A model generated the notes under the pieces. That model worked only from the letters and a program-made list of their open reading frames with translations. It did not search any database and was not told the DNA's origin. A program made the position numbers and the translations under genes. From the IMG/VR virus record IMGVR_UViG_3300027963_000035, positions 186,001 to 250,000 of that record: DNA of 64,000 bases. One strand, given 5' to 3'. The stretch's first letter is position 1, and every line of letters starts with the position of its first letter. This document shows positions 54,405 to 64,000 of the stretch, one piece after another.

Positions 54405-56579
54405 TTAGTTCACCTTGGACTTATTATTGATATAGAATACAAGATCATTCATTTCCCTATTCTTACGACCAGCCTCATCACGATCATGACCGTGACCATA
54501 ATATCCATAACCATAATTCATGCCGGTCGAGATACACCTCAGAAGCGGATACTTTGAGTTGATTTCGTTCTCCAATTTATTCATCTTATCAAGATTGCCA
54601 TTAATTGTGGCATACTGTGGGTAGAGGCTGATGATACGGTCGGGGATATCCGCACGAGCAGCAGGCCTACCCGTTTCCTTGATTCCACCCTTGATTTCAA
54701 AGTATTCCCTGAGTTTGGGACATTCGACTCTATCAATGAACTTCCTCATAAAATCAAGAGTGTTGCTTGCTTGACGATAAACAAAGTTCTCAATAACCTT
54801 ATCATCCACTTCGATATAATCAGGAAAACTCTCAATTACATCTTCGTAAGTATGAACATTGTCCGCAGAACCAACGATCAAGGCATAATCCTTCTTAGAA
54901 CACTTGATCACGGTATATTTGCCGTGATTGATGATAAACTTGACATTATCTTCAAAAGTTTCATCGTGATACATTTCATCGCCCGAGAAAGGAACGACAA
55001 CGAATTCACTAGATGAACTTTCGATTTCATCGAGAGTAACATCCTTCTTAGTACCAGAAGCCAATTTCTTGCTGCTGTAGGCACTACTAAGCATAATCTC
55101 CCGATAACTAATCTTGCCAGCCTCTCTCTTTTGCTTGTAACTCACCCTGTTGTGGGGAAGATCAAGCATATATTTAGCACCAAGATGTTCCGTAAAACGC
55201 TTTTGCTGATCGGTGTTATAACCTTCGATGCAATATACCGCAGTAACGCTCTGGTTGTCCGCAAAATACTTCTTGATCTTTTCTTTGATAGTATATCTTG
55301 GGTTTCGACCATCATCAAGAATAAAACAAGACTTCAAGGCTTGATCAATCTCAATAGGATGGTTTTCCTCAATCTTCAATACGCTTCGAGTCTTCTGTTG
55401 CTTGAGGTGATACTTATTGATACGGCAACCATCAAAACTCGTAGAAACAAGACGACCGCTATTATACTTATAATCAAAACCATCCTTCTTGAAGGCAAAC
55501 TCAATCTTTGTTGGAAGTGATGCAAAGTTAAAGATACACTTCACACTAAAGTAGAACTTGATATATTCTTCAATAGTGGCAAAATCCTTGCCAAGTTCAT
55601 CATCAACACAAGATACAAGACTCTTGATGGCCTCACCGCAAATATCATTTACCTTCTTCTTGCTATCATCCTTGTCGCTAACACTTTCACGAGTAGCACT
55701 GATTTCAAGAATTCCGTTATCAACTTCAACAAAACTCATATGAGTTGCATATGAAGAATTCCTGAGAGCATTTACATTGGCAGAAAGTTCATGAGATGCA
55801 AATTTATTGATGCTATATGGGATCTTATCAATAAGGACAAAGATGTCAGCGTGATAAGAATCAAAAAGACGCTTGATGAAATCATCCTTATGAAGTATAA
55901 ACCAATTGCCGTTCTTGAATGAAATATTCTTACTAGAATCTAGCCAAGAAGCAGGAATCTCCAGTTTGGTGATTCCCTTCAATTCCGGCTTTACATCCCA
56001 AAAGAAAGTGCAGCGATAAACAGCATAGACAAACTGTTCAATATCGGACTCACGAATTGGAATCTGGACTTCGACACCATTGGGTTCATTGGTGTCATCC
56101 TCACTAATGAGTTCAAGAGTACCATTGCTATTCTTGCCGGTATGGGCAATATATGAACGAAGCTTACCATTGTAGTAACTAAGAATGGTAAAACTATCGG
56201 TGTATGCCCATGCACTTTTGGCTCCGATGCCGAAACCACCAGTCTGGACATTATCGGCACGTTTTGTGCTGCTTCCATAATTGACGAAAACATCCTTGAC
56301 ACGTTCCGGACTAAGACCAGTACCATAATCCCTGATCTTAAGAACGCTATCCAACTTGGTGGGAAGCGTAACAGAAACCGGAGTATCACTATTGCCTGAA
56401 TCACGGTGGCTATCCCGTGCATTGCAAAGATATTCCTGAGTCAGAGTCCGAATAGGATTTGCATAAAGCCTATTTCGGAGGATATCAATGATAGTGCTAA
56501 CATCGCCAATTCCAAATTCAATGGATTCGGCATTAAAGTTGTTAGTCTTGAGATTGGAACCGTTCGTATTGATCTTCAT
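54405..56579 (-). CDS. rIIA: rIIA-like GHKL ATPase protein
   Basis: LYANPIRTLTQEYLCNARDSH, IRDYGTGLS, YGSSTK, GGFGIGAKSAWAYTDSF. Confidence 0.82.
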   Translation of the reverse strand: MKINTNGSNLKTNNFNAESIEFGIGDVSTIIDILRNRLYANPIRTLTQEYLCNARDSHRDSGNSDTPVSVTLPTKLDSVLKIRDYGTGLSPERVKDVFVNYGSSTKRADNVQTGGFGIGAKSAWAYTDSFTILSYYNGKLRSYIAHTGKNSNGTLELISEDDTNEPNGVEVQIPIRESDIEQFVYAVYRCTFFWDVKPELKGITKLEIPASWLDSSKNISFKNGNWFILHKDDFIKRLFDSYHADIFVLIDKIPYSINKFASHELSANVNALRNSSYATHMSFVEVDNGILEISATRESVSDKDDSKKKVNDICGEAIKSLVSCVDDELGKDFATIEEYIKFYFSVKCIFNFASLPTKIEFAFKKDGFDYKYNSGRLVSTSFDGCRINKYHLKQQKTRSVLKIEENHPIEIDQALKSCFILDDGRNPRYTIKEKIKKYFADNQSVTAVYCIEGYNTDQQKRFTEHLGAKYMLDLPHNRVSYKQKREAGKISYREIMLSSAYSSKKLASGTKKDVTLDEIESSSSEFVVVPFSGDEMYHDETFEDNVKFIINHGKYTVIKCSKKDYALIVGSADNVHTYEDVIESFPDYIEVDDKVIENFVYRQASNTLDFMRKFIDRVECPKLREYFEIKGGIKETGRPAARADIPDRIISLYPQYATINGNLDKMNKLENEINSKYPLLRCISTGMNYGYGYYGHGHDRDEAGRKNREMNDLVFYINNKSKVN

Positions 56580-56629
56580 GTTATGGATCTCCTTGTAAAA
56601 ATTTTATTTGTCCGTCGCTGACAACATTC

Positions 56630-56649
56630 TACCGTACCAAAAAGAAACC
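56630..56649 (-). promoter_or_regulatory. Conserved promoter-like motif (15)
   Basis: taccgtaccaaaaagaaacc. Confidence 0.68.
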
Positions 56650-56658
56650 TCCCTCAAA

Positions 56659-57672
56659 TCAATCTAGGAGGGCAATAGCTTTATCATTCTCACCAGACAT
56701 AAAGAACTCAAAGAAATTTTCAATATCATTTGGCTCGAGAACACAGATTTTCATGATGAACTCAGGAAGAGAAATCTTTTCATTTTCTCTATACTGCTTG
56801 ATCAGGCAAAGAATTTTACGCCAAACTTCTGAACCAATTTGGATATATCTTGGTTCATCGCTTCTTTTATCAGCAAAACTATAAACAATTTTGAGTTCTT
56901 CTTCTGAAATATCTCTGCTACCATGAAGTGCAATACATTCAATTGCACCCTTCACTAATTCTTGGCAAAGAACTGCAAATGTTCTAGCGGCCGCAACAAC
57001 AGAAGGTTCATCTGAATCTTCTTCGTATTCCACCTTAGAACTACCCTGAACCAGCATGGAAGGATCCATCTTATCAACTATAGCTGAATAGTCAATCTTC
57101 CAATAAGAAAAAACTGTACCCACACTGATTTCATCATACAATTTAATCAATTCAGGGGATACTTCATCCAATTCATTTTTCACAAGATGGTGCATTGTAT
57201 AAAAAGCATGAATGCTGGCACCTTGGATAATTGAATTGATCAAGATCCTTTTATTGATCAGATCTTTGATATTTTGATCAAGAGAATCATAATCTACATT
57301 TTCAGGGAAGCTTTCTTCGGTATTATTTACTTCAATATTTTCATCATCATTGAGACTCGCATCAAGCAAATCTTCTGGAATTTCAAATGCTTCACAAACT
57401 GCCTTGATTGCAAGATCCCTAAGAACTTCTTCTTTGCCCTTTTCAACTTCAAGGGCTTTAAGGAAACTCATCGTCAAATTATTATGGTCAAACTTGATCC
57501 CAAGATTGTTCATTCTATCTTGAACAAACTCGTAACTACTCTTACTGAGATCGTGACCGAAATATACTAGATTCCTATTTTTCTTGAATACATGAAATTC
57601 AGAATCATTCTTCCTGAGATTAGTCCAAAAATTTCTAATACCAGGATTCACATGCAAAGAATTATTATACAT
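56659..57672 (-). CDS. Conserved large-phage hypothetical protein
   Basis: 337 aa; INKRILINSIIQGA...ELVKG. Confidence 0.6.
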   Translation of the reverse strand: MYNNSLHVNPGIRNFWTNLRKNDSEFHVFKKNRNLVYFGHDLSKSSYEFVQDRMNNLGIKFDHNNLTMSFLKALEVEKGKEEVLRDLAIKAVCEAFEIPEDLLDASLNDDENIEVNNTEESFPENVDYDSLDQNIKDLINKRILINSIIQGASIHAFYTMHHLVKNELDEVSPELIKLYDEISVGTVFSYWKIDYSAIVDKMDPSMLVQGSSKVEYEEDSDEPSVVAAARTFAVLCQELVKGAIECIALHGSRDISEEELKIVYSFADKRSDEPRYIQIGSEVWRKILCLIKQYRENEKISLPEFIMKICVLEPNDIENFFEFFMSGENDKAIALLD

Positions 57673-57814
57673 ATTAGTTTTTTGGTTCGGGCATCACAGT
57701 TGGTTTCGGACTCTTAAAAGGATCGCTGCTGGGTGTCTTATCGGGGCTTCTAACTGGCGTTTTTACAGGGGCAGTAGTTGTAGACATTTTTTCCTCTTTG
57801 TCGGGACAGGGGAC

Positions 57815-57834
57815 AACCGTACCAAAAAGAAACA
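57815..57834 (-). promoter_or_regulatory. Conserved promoter-like motif (16)
   Basis: aaccgtaccaaaaagaaaca. Confidence 0.68.
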
Positions 57835-57901
57835 CGGCAGGGACTTTGAGCAACAAATAAACCTTTGAGCATACCAAAAATAATGGTGATCTGTCAATGC
57901 T

Positions 57902-57951
57902 AAAAAAAATAATCCCCCATTGGTCGCAATTAAGATGACCAATGGGGGATT
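57902..57951 (-). terminator. Intrinsic terminator
   Basis: AATCCCCCATTGGTC/GACCAATGGGGGATT plus T-run. Confidence 0.75.
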
Positions 57952-57973
57952 GGATTTCAGTTATTTTACAAAC

Positions 57974-58243
57974 TTACTTCTTGCTGCGAATCAGCTTCAG
58001 AATTTCGTTTGCTTTTTCAACAACATTTGGGCGACCACTGCCACTGAACTTACGAAGGTCAACACCTTTCTGGCGTAACTTACTAGCTCTTTGGCTCACG
58101 GCACTAGGCTTGAGGCCAAGATGGTCTGCCACTTCACCAATAGAGCCAAAAGCAGGATTCTCATACGCTCTGAGGAAATTCTCAATGGTGACGTATGTTC
58201 TCTTATCGCCGGCTGTTTTCTTGGACATGGTGAAATCCTCCAT
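57974..58243 (-). CDS. Small HTH DNA-binding protein
   Basis: GEVADHLGLKPSAVSQRASKLRQKGV. Confidence 0.72.
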   Translation of the reverse strand: MEDFTMSKKTAGDKRTYVTIENFLRAYENPAFGSIGEVADHLGLKPSAVSQRASKLRQKGVDLRKFSGSGRPNVVEKANEILKLIRSKK

Positions 58244-58391
58244 TTGTCTCTAGTTCTTTCGCATACCACACAGATATGCTCTTCAGATCAACGATACACA
58301 ACAAAAAACAAAAGACAAGGGGCTATCTAGAAAAAAATTTTCTTCTGTGGATTCTTGAGATTTTTCTGTTGTGTGTGGCGGACACTTATAT

Positions 58392-59144
58392 TTAGACAAC
58401 AAAAGAATTGTTATTAAGATCGATTTCGTTTCTAACCTTTTTGAATTTCAAACCAATTATTACGTTTTTTGGATCATGATAACGCATATCATATTCATCC
58501 CCGCTAATAACCTCATGATCAATAAACTTTTCAGGCAACTTATCTTTAAAAACCACAGCCACTCTAGTATTATCAATATTGATTGCCTTTTGACATTCTT
58601 CAATATTATTTCCACTATATGAAAAAGTTAGATCATAATTATGATATTTCTTAGTTAAAGCAATTCTTCGATAGATCTTGCTGTACTCATAAAATTGGCA
58701 GTCACTAAATATCTCGAGAATATTCTTATCTCCAAGCGTAAAGATTTCAGGAGATAAATCACTTGTGTTATTTAATCTTATACTAAAATTATATCCAAGT
58801 TTCTTAGCCTTACTTCTTGTTGATTCAATTTCATCAATCATCCAACTCATGAAATAATCACGCTCTTGAAAAAAGAGCCTTGTCTTTGCAATTCTAGACT
58901 TATTGATATTATTCTGCTTATGATCTATGCGATTAAGTCCAGATTCATGCAAGCAAGCAATTGTGCATTCTTTTGTTCTTCCTGCACAAACTTCAAATCC
59001 AGATGTATTTGCAGGAGATAAATACAAAGAATATGTAAGTTCGTTATATTTAAATGCCTTAGAATGCTTGGCAGTCATATTGACGCTGCCCAAGTAACTA
59101 ATGCCAGTTTCTTTGATTGCTTTGCTTTTGTTTTTGTATATCAC
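58392..59144 (-). CDS. GP88-like phage protein
   Basis: CAGRTKECTIAC, IRLNNTSDL, FYEYSK, YDLTFS, GDEYDMRYHD. Confidence 0.75.
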   Translation of the reverse strand: MIYKNKSKAIKETGISYLGSVNMTAKHSKAFKYNELTYSLYLSPANTSGFEVCAGRTKECTIACLHESGLNRIDHKQNNINKSRIAKTRLFFQERDYFMSWMIDEIESTRSKAKKLGYNFSIRLNNTSDLSPEIFTLGDKNILEIFSDCQFYEYSKIYRRIALTKKYHNYDLTFSYSGNNIEECQKAINIDNTRVAVVFKDKLPEKFIDHEVISGDEYDMRYHDPKNVIIGLKFKKVRNEIDLNNNSFVV

Positions 59145-59179
59145 AATTATTGGTTCCGTCCGTGGAGAGGTCGAGTCTT

Positions 59180-59199
59180 CAACGTACCAAAAAGAAACT
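59180..59199 (-). promoter_or_regulatory. Conserved promoter-like motif (17)
   Basis: caacgtaccaaaaagaaact. Confidence 0.6.
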
Positions 59200-59421
59200 T
59201 TTGTTTTTACTATCTTATTTTTAGGAAGATTTTTAACAAAAAGGAATTATATGCCAGCTATTTTGCCACAGGATATGAGCGAACTAAAAAGAATCGCAAC
59301 AAACACATATGAAGAAGAGAAAAGGGATCAGATTCTCCGAATTATAAGAGGAATCAACGAACTTGAAAGCCAAATCAGAAAACTGCAGATAGAGAATGAA
59401 AGCCTCAAGAAGAAAGACTGA

Positions 59422-60507
59422 TCATTCTTCTTCTGCTTTAAACTTTAATTGTGTTTGCTGGCACTCTTCTTTTGAGATGTCATTCCTAACACCCAAATAA
59501 ATAGGTTGATATAGAGAACCAGATTGCTTTCTGGCGTAGAGGTATTTTACCTCTACGATTTCACCCACATTCGGTACATCGAAATTAACAGGAATGGTTA
59601 CATTTCCGGCCTTCACAAGTTTCTTTCCCTTGTAAAGACCAATAGCAGCACTACGCTTTTTATTAATTTCGGTAACCACACAACTACACGTACTATAAAA
59701 CTTGTACTTCAAATAGTTTCCGCCACTTGCAGGGCGACCAATATTATAGTGAGCATCAATATGCTTGAAGACAACTCCTTCTTTGTTTTCTTTAAGCAAA
59801 CTGTCATAAACCTCACGCTTGTCTTTCTTTTCAAGATAAAGAGGAGTATGAATAATATTCTCAGATTCAATGTACTTAAACAAAGTTTTGAGATATTTCA
59901 TCCTCTCAATTAAACTTTTCTTCCTAAGACATTCACTGCGATATTCGAGAATATCAAAAACGTGCAAAGTCTCACCAATCAGTTCACCATCAACTAAGAA
60001 ATTATCATCAAACTTAGTGACAACATTCCAAATCACAGTAGGAATGCTGATCCTTTTGCCCTTACGATTAATTCCGTGGGGAGACTGATCCTTTTCCTTA
60101 CCCAACATAAACCGGACACCATCAAGTTTATGTTGGAGAGCCCAATTATCATCATTAATAAGCTTTTCAGCTTCATCTTGACTAATTGGATTTAAGAGAA
60201 CGCACTGTATCTCATTGGGAGTATCAGGCAGATCATCACTCACAACAGGAATTTCAGAGGGATTGGCATTTTCAACAAACCTATATCCCTTGCTCGTTTT
60301 TTCCTTTACAAGATTATTAAAAATAGTCTTGGCATCTTCAAGAGTAGTTGGACTTTGGGTTTTACTGCCTGTTTTCAAGGCACTTCCCCTGCGTCCATAA
60401 CTAAAATTCACAACATATCCACTGCTGATATCTTCAATGGTGGTGTGATAAACTTTGTCGCTGGCGCCTTCTTTATAATACAGATTGGCAGATTCGATCA
60501 CAGACAT
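59422..60507 (-). CDS. WGR-domain ATP-dependent DNA ligase
   Basis: SDKVY...YGRRG...EKTSKGY (WGR-like), KLDG, DGE, FDIL, EGVVFK, C-terminal OB-like region. Confidence 0.85.
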   Translation of the reverse strand: MSVIESANLYYKEGASDKVYHTTIEDISSGYVVNFSYGRRGSALKTGSKTQSPTTLEDAKTIFNNLVKEKTSKGYRFVENANPSEIPVVSDDLPDTPNEIQCVLLNPISQDEAEKLINDDNWALQHKLDGVRFMLGKEKDQSPHGINRKGKRISIPTVIWNVVTKFDDNFLVDGELIGETLHVFDILEYRSECLRKKSLIERMKYLKTLFKYIESENIIHTPLYLEKKDKREVYDSLLKENKEGVVFKHIDAHYNIGRPASGGNYLKYKFYSTCSCVVTEINKKRSAAIGLYKGKKLVKAGNVTIPVNFDVPNVGEIVEVKYLYARKQSGSLYQPIYLGVRNDISKEECQQTQLKFKAEEE

Positions 60508-61001
60508 TATGATTCCTTTATTATTCAATTCCATTCGTGAGAACATTTAAGAAATAAATTAGAAAAATTACCTTCACTACCATATGTTTTACCAAATTCA
60601 ACCCATTCTTTAAGAATAGCAGTATCTTCGGAAAATCTTTCTATTTCCGAATAATAGCCTGTTTCATATGGAAGAAACTTGCTGCAGTGAGTCATTGTTA
60701 TTGCTTCTATCTTTTTAACAAAAGATCCATCTTTTTCATAAAGACTCATCCAAGATTCAGCAACAAAAAGATACTCAACAAGTTGTTTTTCAATTATCTG
60801 ATATCTGATAAAGTCGGCAAATTTTTCTTTATCATCAGGCGAATTAAAATCTGCTGAATATACATTGATTTCAGAATCTGTATATTCAGCGATAAGAGCC
60901 GGGGATAAATACCCGTCTTTTGCGAAATTAATTCCTGCGCAATTTTGAAATACTTTTATTTTATCACTAAGCATAAAATCTCGATTTGATTTATTAAAAG
61001 A

Positions 61002-61036
61002 TAAGACCCGCCCTAAATTGATTAGGGCGGGTCTTA
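61002..61036 (-). terminator. Intrinsic terminator
   Basis: TAAGACCCGCCCTAA/TTAGGGCGGGTCTTA. Confidence 0.72.
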
Positions 61037-61105
61037 AGCAGATAACAGGAATTGAACCTGTTCCACAACCACCTTGTTGCAGGCTCCCCACCTCTGCTGT
61101 AACGA

Positions 61106-61384
61106 TCAACCAGCCGCAGCGGCCAGAATAGCATTACAGGCGGCAACGTCAATACGGCGACCGACAGTACCAGCCTTGGTGAACTTCGGAACCTTGACAC
61201 CACGATCACGGAGAGCCTTGCAACGCAGGCTGACAGCACCAGCGGTCAGACCGAGTTTATCGGCAACTTCCGACTGCGTACCACCAGCAGCAGCCACCTT
61301 GGCAACCGTAGTGAGGAACGTTTCCATATCAACACTCTTCTTACCAGCACGACGACCACGAACATACTTCTTAGGACGAGCCAT
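61106..61384 (-). CDS. Small HTH DNA-binding protein (paralog of 57974..58243)
   Basis: SEVADKLGLTAGAVSLRCKALRDRGVKVPKF. Confidence 0.75.
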   Translation of the reverse strand: MARPKKYVRGRRAGKKSVDMETFLTTVAKVAAAGGTQSEVADKLGLTAGAVSLRCKALRDRGVKVPKFTKAGTVGRRIDVAACNAILAAAAG

Positions 61385-61449
61385 AATTACACCTCTTTTA
61401 AAAACTATTCTTTGTGCCAGCCTCACATGAGGACTGTCGCACGACCAAC

Positions 61450-61469
61450 AACCGTACCAAAAAGAAACT
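61450..61469 (-). promoter_or_regulatory. Conserved promoter-like motif (18)
   Basis: aaccgtaccaaaaagaaact. Confidence 0.72.
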
Positions 61470-61552
61470 TAAAGGATTAAAAAGGTTCCGTTTCAGCGGG
61501 AAACCCAATAAGACTCTAACCTCTCTTGACACGATCAATCGTCACAACAGTC

Positions 61553-61572
61553 AACTGTACCCAAAAGAAACA
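61553..61572 (-). promoter_or_regulatory. Conserved promoter-like motif (19, degenerate)
   Basis: aactgtacccaaaagaaaca. Confidence 0.5.
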
Positions 61573-61624
61573 AAAAGTCCAGAAACTTTTTCAAAAAAAA
61601 ACAAATGACAACACAGAATATATT

Positions 61625-62290
61625 TCAAAACTTAGAAAATGCCTCATTAACCAAAATATCTAACCTATTTTTTACACTAAAAATATCATATCTTGCTATA
61701 ACTTTGTTTTTTATTATGCAATCTTCTGTTTTTATAACTTTATCTAATTTTTGATATAGTAAATGAATCCAATCATCGCAATACCAATTCTTGATTTCAT
61801 TAGGATAAAAATAACCTAACCTGTTGACATGTTCCATGCTAACAAAAGGGTTGGTGCAAATACCATAGACGCTAGAGCAGTCTTGGGCATGACCTAATCC
61901 TATCTGTTTATTGGCGTTAATGTATTCAATAAAAGAATCTATGAAATCTAATCTGGATAGATTGAGATCATCTCCATTCACAAAAAGATAATCAGCATTG
62001 TAGAAATTCTTAGCTATAATTGATAATTTATTGACTATTTCAACATAACTTTTTTTAGGATTATCTATAAAAAAATAATCAAAGTTATTTGGAAGCAACT
62101 TCTTCAGTTCTTCTAAATTATTTTTGTAAAAGATATCATCACCATCAAATCCAATTAAAAAATTATACTTTTCAATATCAAATTTTTTAATGGATTTATA
62201 GTACTCGGAATATAAAGTAGAAGATTCTACGCTTTTATAATCGCACTTATTTGAAGTTGATGGTATTAAAAAACAAACTTTGTTTTGCAT
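61625..62290 (-). CDS. Glycosyltransferase-like protein
   Basis: LIPST, YLFVNGDD, NWYCDDW. Confidence 0.65.
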   Translation of the reverse strand: MQNKVCFLIPSTSNKCDYKSVESSTLYSEYYKSIKKFDIEKYNFLIGFDGDDIFYKNNLEELKKLLPNNFDYFFIDNPKKSYVEIVNKLSIIAKNFYNADYLFVNGDDLNLSRLDFIDSFIEYINANKQIGLGHAQDCSSVYGICTNPFVSMEHVNRLGYFYPNEIKNWYCDDWIHLLYQKLDKVIKTEDCIIKNKVIARYDIFSVKNRLDILVNEAFSKF

Positions 62291-62353
62291 CTAACTAATA
62301 TAGTTTACTACAAAAAATACCATTTTTACCTTTTGTGATAAATGTATTTTACT

Positions 62354-64000
62354 TTATAGATAATAAATTCCTGGGGAACCTATATTGCCAATCCCTGCTG
62401 ACCGGTATGCACCTAATACTCCATTTGAATTCAATGTCCCAGCAGCATTCGAAATCAAAGTTCCATTAGAGTCATACCGCCAATAGAAAGTAACCCCAGT
62501 TGTGGCTACTGCAAAATTAGATAGCGGCAATGGCGGCACTCTTGTAACTTCTGATCGACTTGAATTGTATATTACAACTCCGTCCCCATTGGCCCCGAAA
62601 CTTACTCCACTACCAGAATAAGTGGCAATTTTTACTCCACTTCCTAAACTCCAAAAACTCTTGAATGCTGGAACCGCCGTATTCGGGGTTGCAGTTTCTA
62701 TACAAACAACTGATTCTCCTGCGGATATAGTTGTCCATCCGCCATAAGGAACAAGTGATACTGCACTGGAGTATAGGAATGAATCGTCGTCCATCTTCCA
62801 ACCAGTAATATCAACAGGCAAACCTCCAAAATTTGTCAACTCGAACCAGTCTCCAGTTCCACCCGCTCCACTTGAACTCATGACTTCCGTTATTCGAATT
62901 ATTCCAGGACCCAGTGTTGATGTAGGTGTTGATGTAGGTGTTGATGTAGGTGTTGATGTTGGGTATGGTGGCAAAGTTGTCGGCACATCTTGATTATCTT
63001 GATTAGTTTGTGTGGGAGTCGATGTTTGTGTGGGAGTCGATGTTTGTGTGGGAGTTGATGTTTGTGTGGGAGTTGATGTGGGTGCAGGTGGTAAATAAAA
63101 GGGACGAGAATATGCTGTGTGTAATTTTACATATGCACCACCACCTTCAGCTGCAGTATAGGGGAATATAAAAAACTGTAATCCTTCCGAGTAATCGGAA
63201 GTTAGGCTTCTTAGGTCGATTGTTACTGTGCATTCACTTATTGCGCCATACATAATACAAGAACCTAAATCTTTGGAAGGATCCGTTAAAGGATAAGATC
63301 CATAATAAACAAGATACGAAACATTGGAGATATTATCATTTCCAATATTGGATATAACACAATCCCAAGATAAAGTAACAAAATTACCATCTTGAACCGC
63401 CGTAAAGTTATTTGGTAAGTTTGGACACTTTAAAAACTCTGTTATCTCGCCTTGGCGACTTTGTAAGAAAGTGATTATTAAATTTTTAGAATTTAAAATA
63501 GACTGTTGTGTTGTTCCTATTGGATTTTTCTTATCACTTAATAAACTTGCTATTTTTTTGTCATACACGTAATTAACATAACTGTAAATATCATTAAATA
63601 CTGTGTCATCCTCTTCAAATGTTGATGTTTGTATCCAATTATGAAAGCTTAGCAACTCAGATATAAAAATATCTAAAGTTTCTCTATGAGAAAGACATTG
63701 ATCAAAGAAATAAGAATTATTAAGTGTGTATTGAAAGCCCATAGTCTCAAAAATTAAACCTGATCCATCGAAGTACGTGTCTGCTCCCCAAGGTAATAAT
63801 CTAAATTTTCCACTTGAGTCGCTATGATAAACGCTATTATTACCAAAAGAAACATAACCATCATTGTGGCCGCAATAAAGCTCTATAACACAATACTTCA
63901 TCAGCTGTTCGATATGTGCACAAGTTAACATATTATTATACCAACTTAAACCTTGTGGATTCTTGATCGAGTCTTCCACATACGAGAATGATTGAACTCT
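62354..64000 (-). CDS. Multidomain surface-type protein (CotH-like part, FN3-like, PT-rich linker, lamin-tail-like domain); 5' end outside the window
   Basis: HNDGY...FRLLPWGADT; VTLSWD; TSTPTQ repeats; ITEVM...DWFELTN...DITGWKMDD; frame stays open to the window end. Confidence 0.6.
   Translation of the reverse strand, partial: RVQSFSYVEDSIKNPQGLSWYNNMLTCAHIEQLMKYCVIELYCGHNDGYVSFGNNSVYHSDSSGKFRLLPWGADTYFDGSGLIFETMGFQYTLNNSYFFDQCLSHRETLDIFISELLSFHNWIQTSTFEEDDTVFNDIYSYVNYVYDKKIASLLSDKKNPIGTTQQSILNSKNLIITFLQSRQGEITEFLKCPNLPNNFTAVQDGNFVTLSWDCVISNIGNDNISNVSYLVYYGSYPLTDPSKDLGSCIMYGAISECTVTIDLRSLTSDYSEGLQFFIFPYTAAEGGGAYVKLHTAYSRPFYLPPAPTSTPTQTSTPTQTSTPTQTSTPTQTNQDNQDVPTTLPPYPTSTPTSTPTSTPTSTLGPGIIRITEVMSSSGAGGTGDWFELTNFGGLPVDITGWKMDDDSFLYSSAVSLVPYGGWTTISAGESVVCIETATPNTAVPAFKSFWSLGSGVKIATYSGSGVSFGANGDGVVIYNSSRSEVTRVPPLPLSNFAVATTGVTFYWRYDSNGTLISNAAGTLNSNGVLGAYRSAGIGNIGSPGIYYL
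62914..63081. repeat. Coding tandem repeats (12-bp and 18-bp units)
   Basis: tgttgatgtagg and gtttgtgtgggagtcgat units encoding PTST / PTQTST. Confidence 0.8.

Noticed and set aside
1-64000. Stop-codon reassignment
   Set aside because: Recognisable genes are intact in the standard code with TAA, TAG and TGA all used as stops, and no suppressor tRNA was seen

Overview
AT-rich, gene-dense fragment of a large tailed-phage genome (rIIA/rIIB-like genes, PcfJ, GP88, MoxR-VWA pair, GroES, two ligase-fold genes). Most ORFs are short minus-strand hypotheticals, and several host-like genes suggest a Planctomycetota host (inference). Main signals: (1) a 36-nt-period dual-repeat array at 29216-29890 (two alternating 10-nt boxes with 8-nt variable spacers, 19 units), about 1.9 kb downstream of a nuclease-less Nop/IS110-C-terminal-domain gene at 31832-32755, i.e. 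a TIGR-TasA-like RNA-guided system; (2) three tRNAs (CAU, Leu-UAA, Arg-UCU) interrupted by compact group I introns, plus a tRNA-Asn with a 69-nt non-group-I, tRNA-shaped insert in its anticodon loop, with a free-standing convergent HNH endonuclease abutting each of the three loci; (3) TilS directly upstream of the CAU tRNA; (4) two non-canonical tRNA-like RNAs and several GC-rich structured intergenic RNAs; (5) a 20-bp motif (minus strand AGTTTCyyTyyGGTACGGTT) found 19 times ahead of minus-strand gene blocks, probably a phage-specific promoter. All calls are by eye; no database searches were run, and many short hypothetical ORFs are not listed individually.
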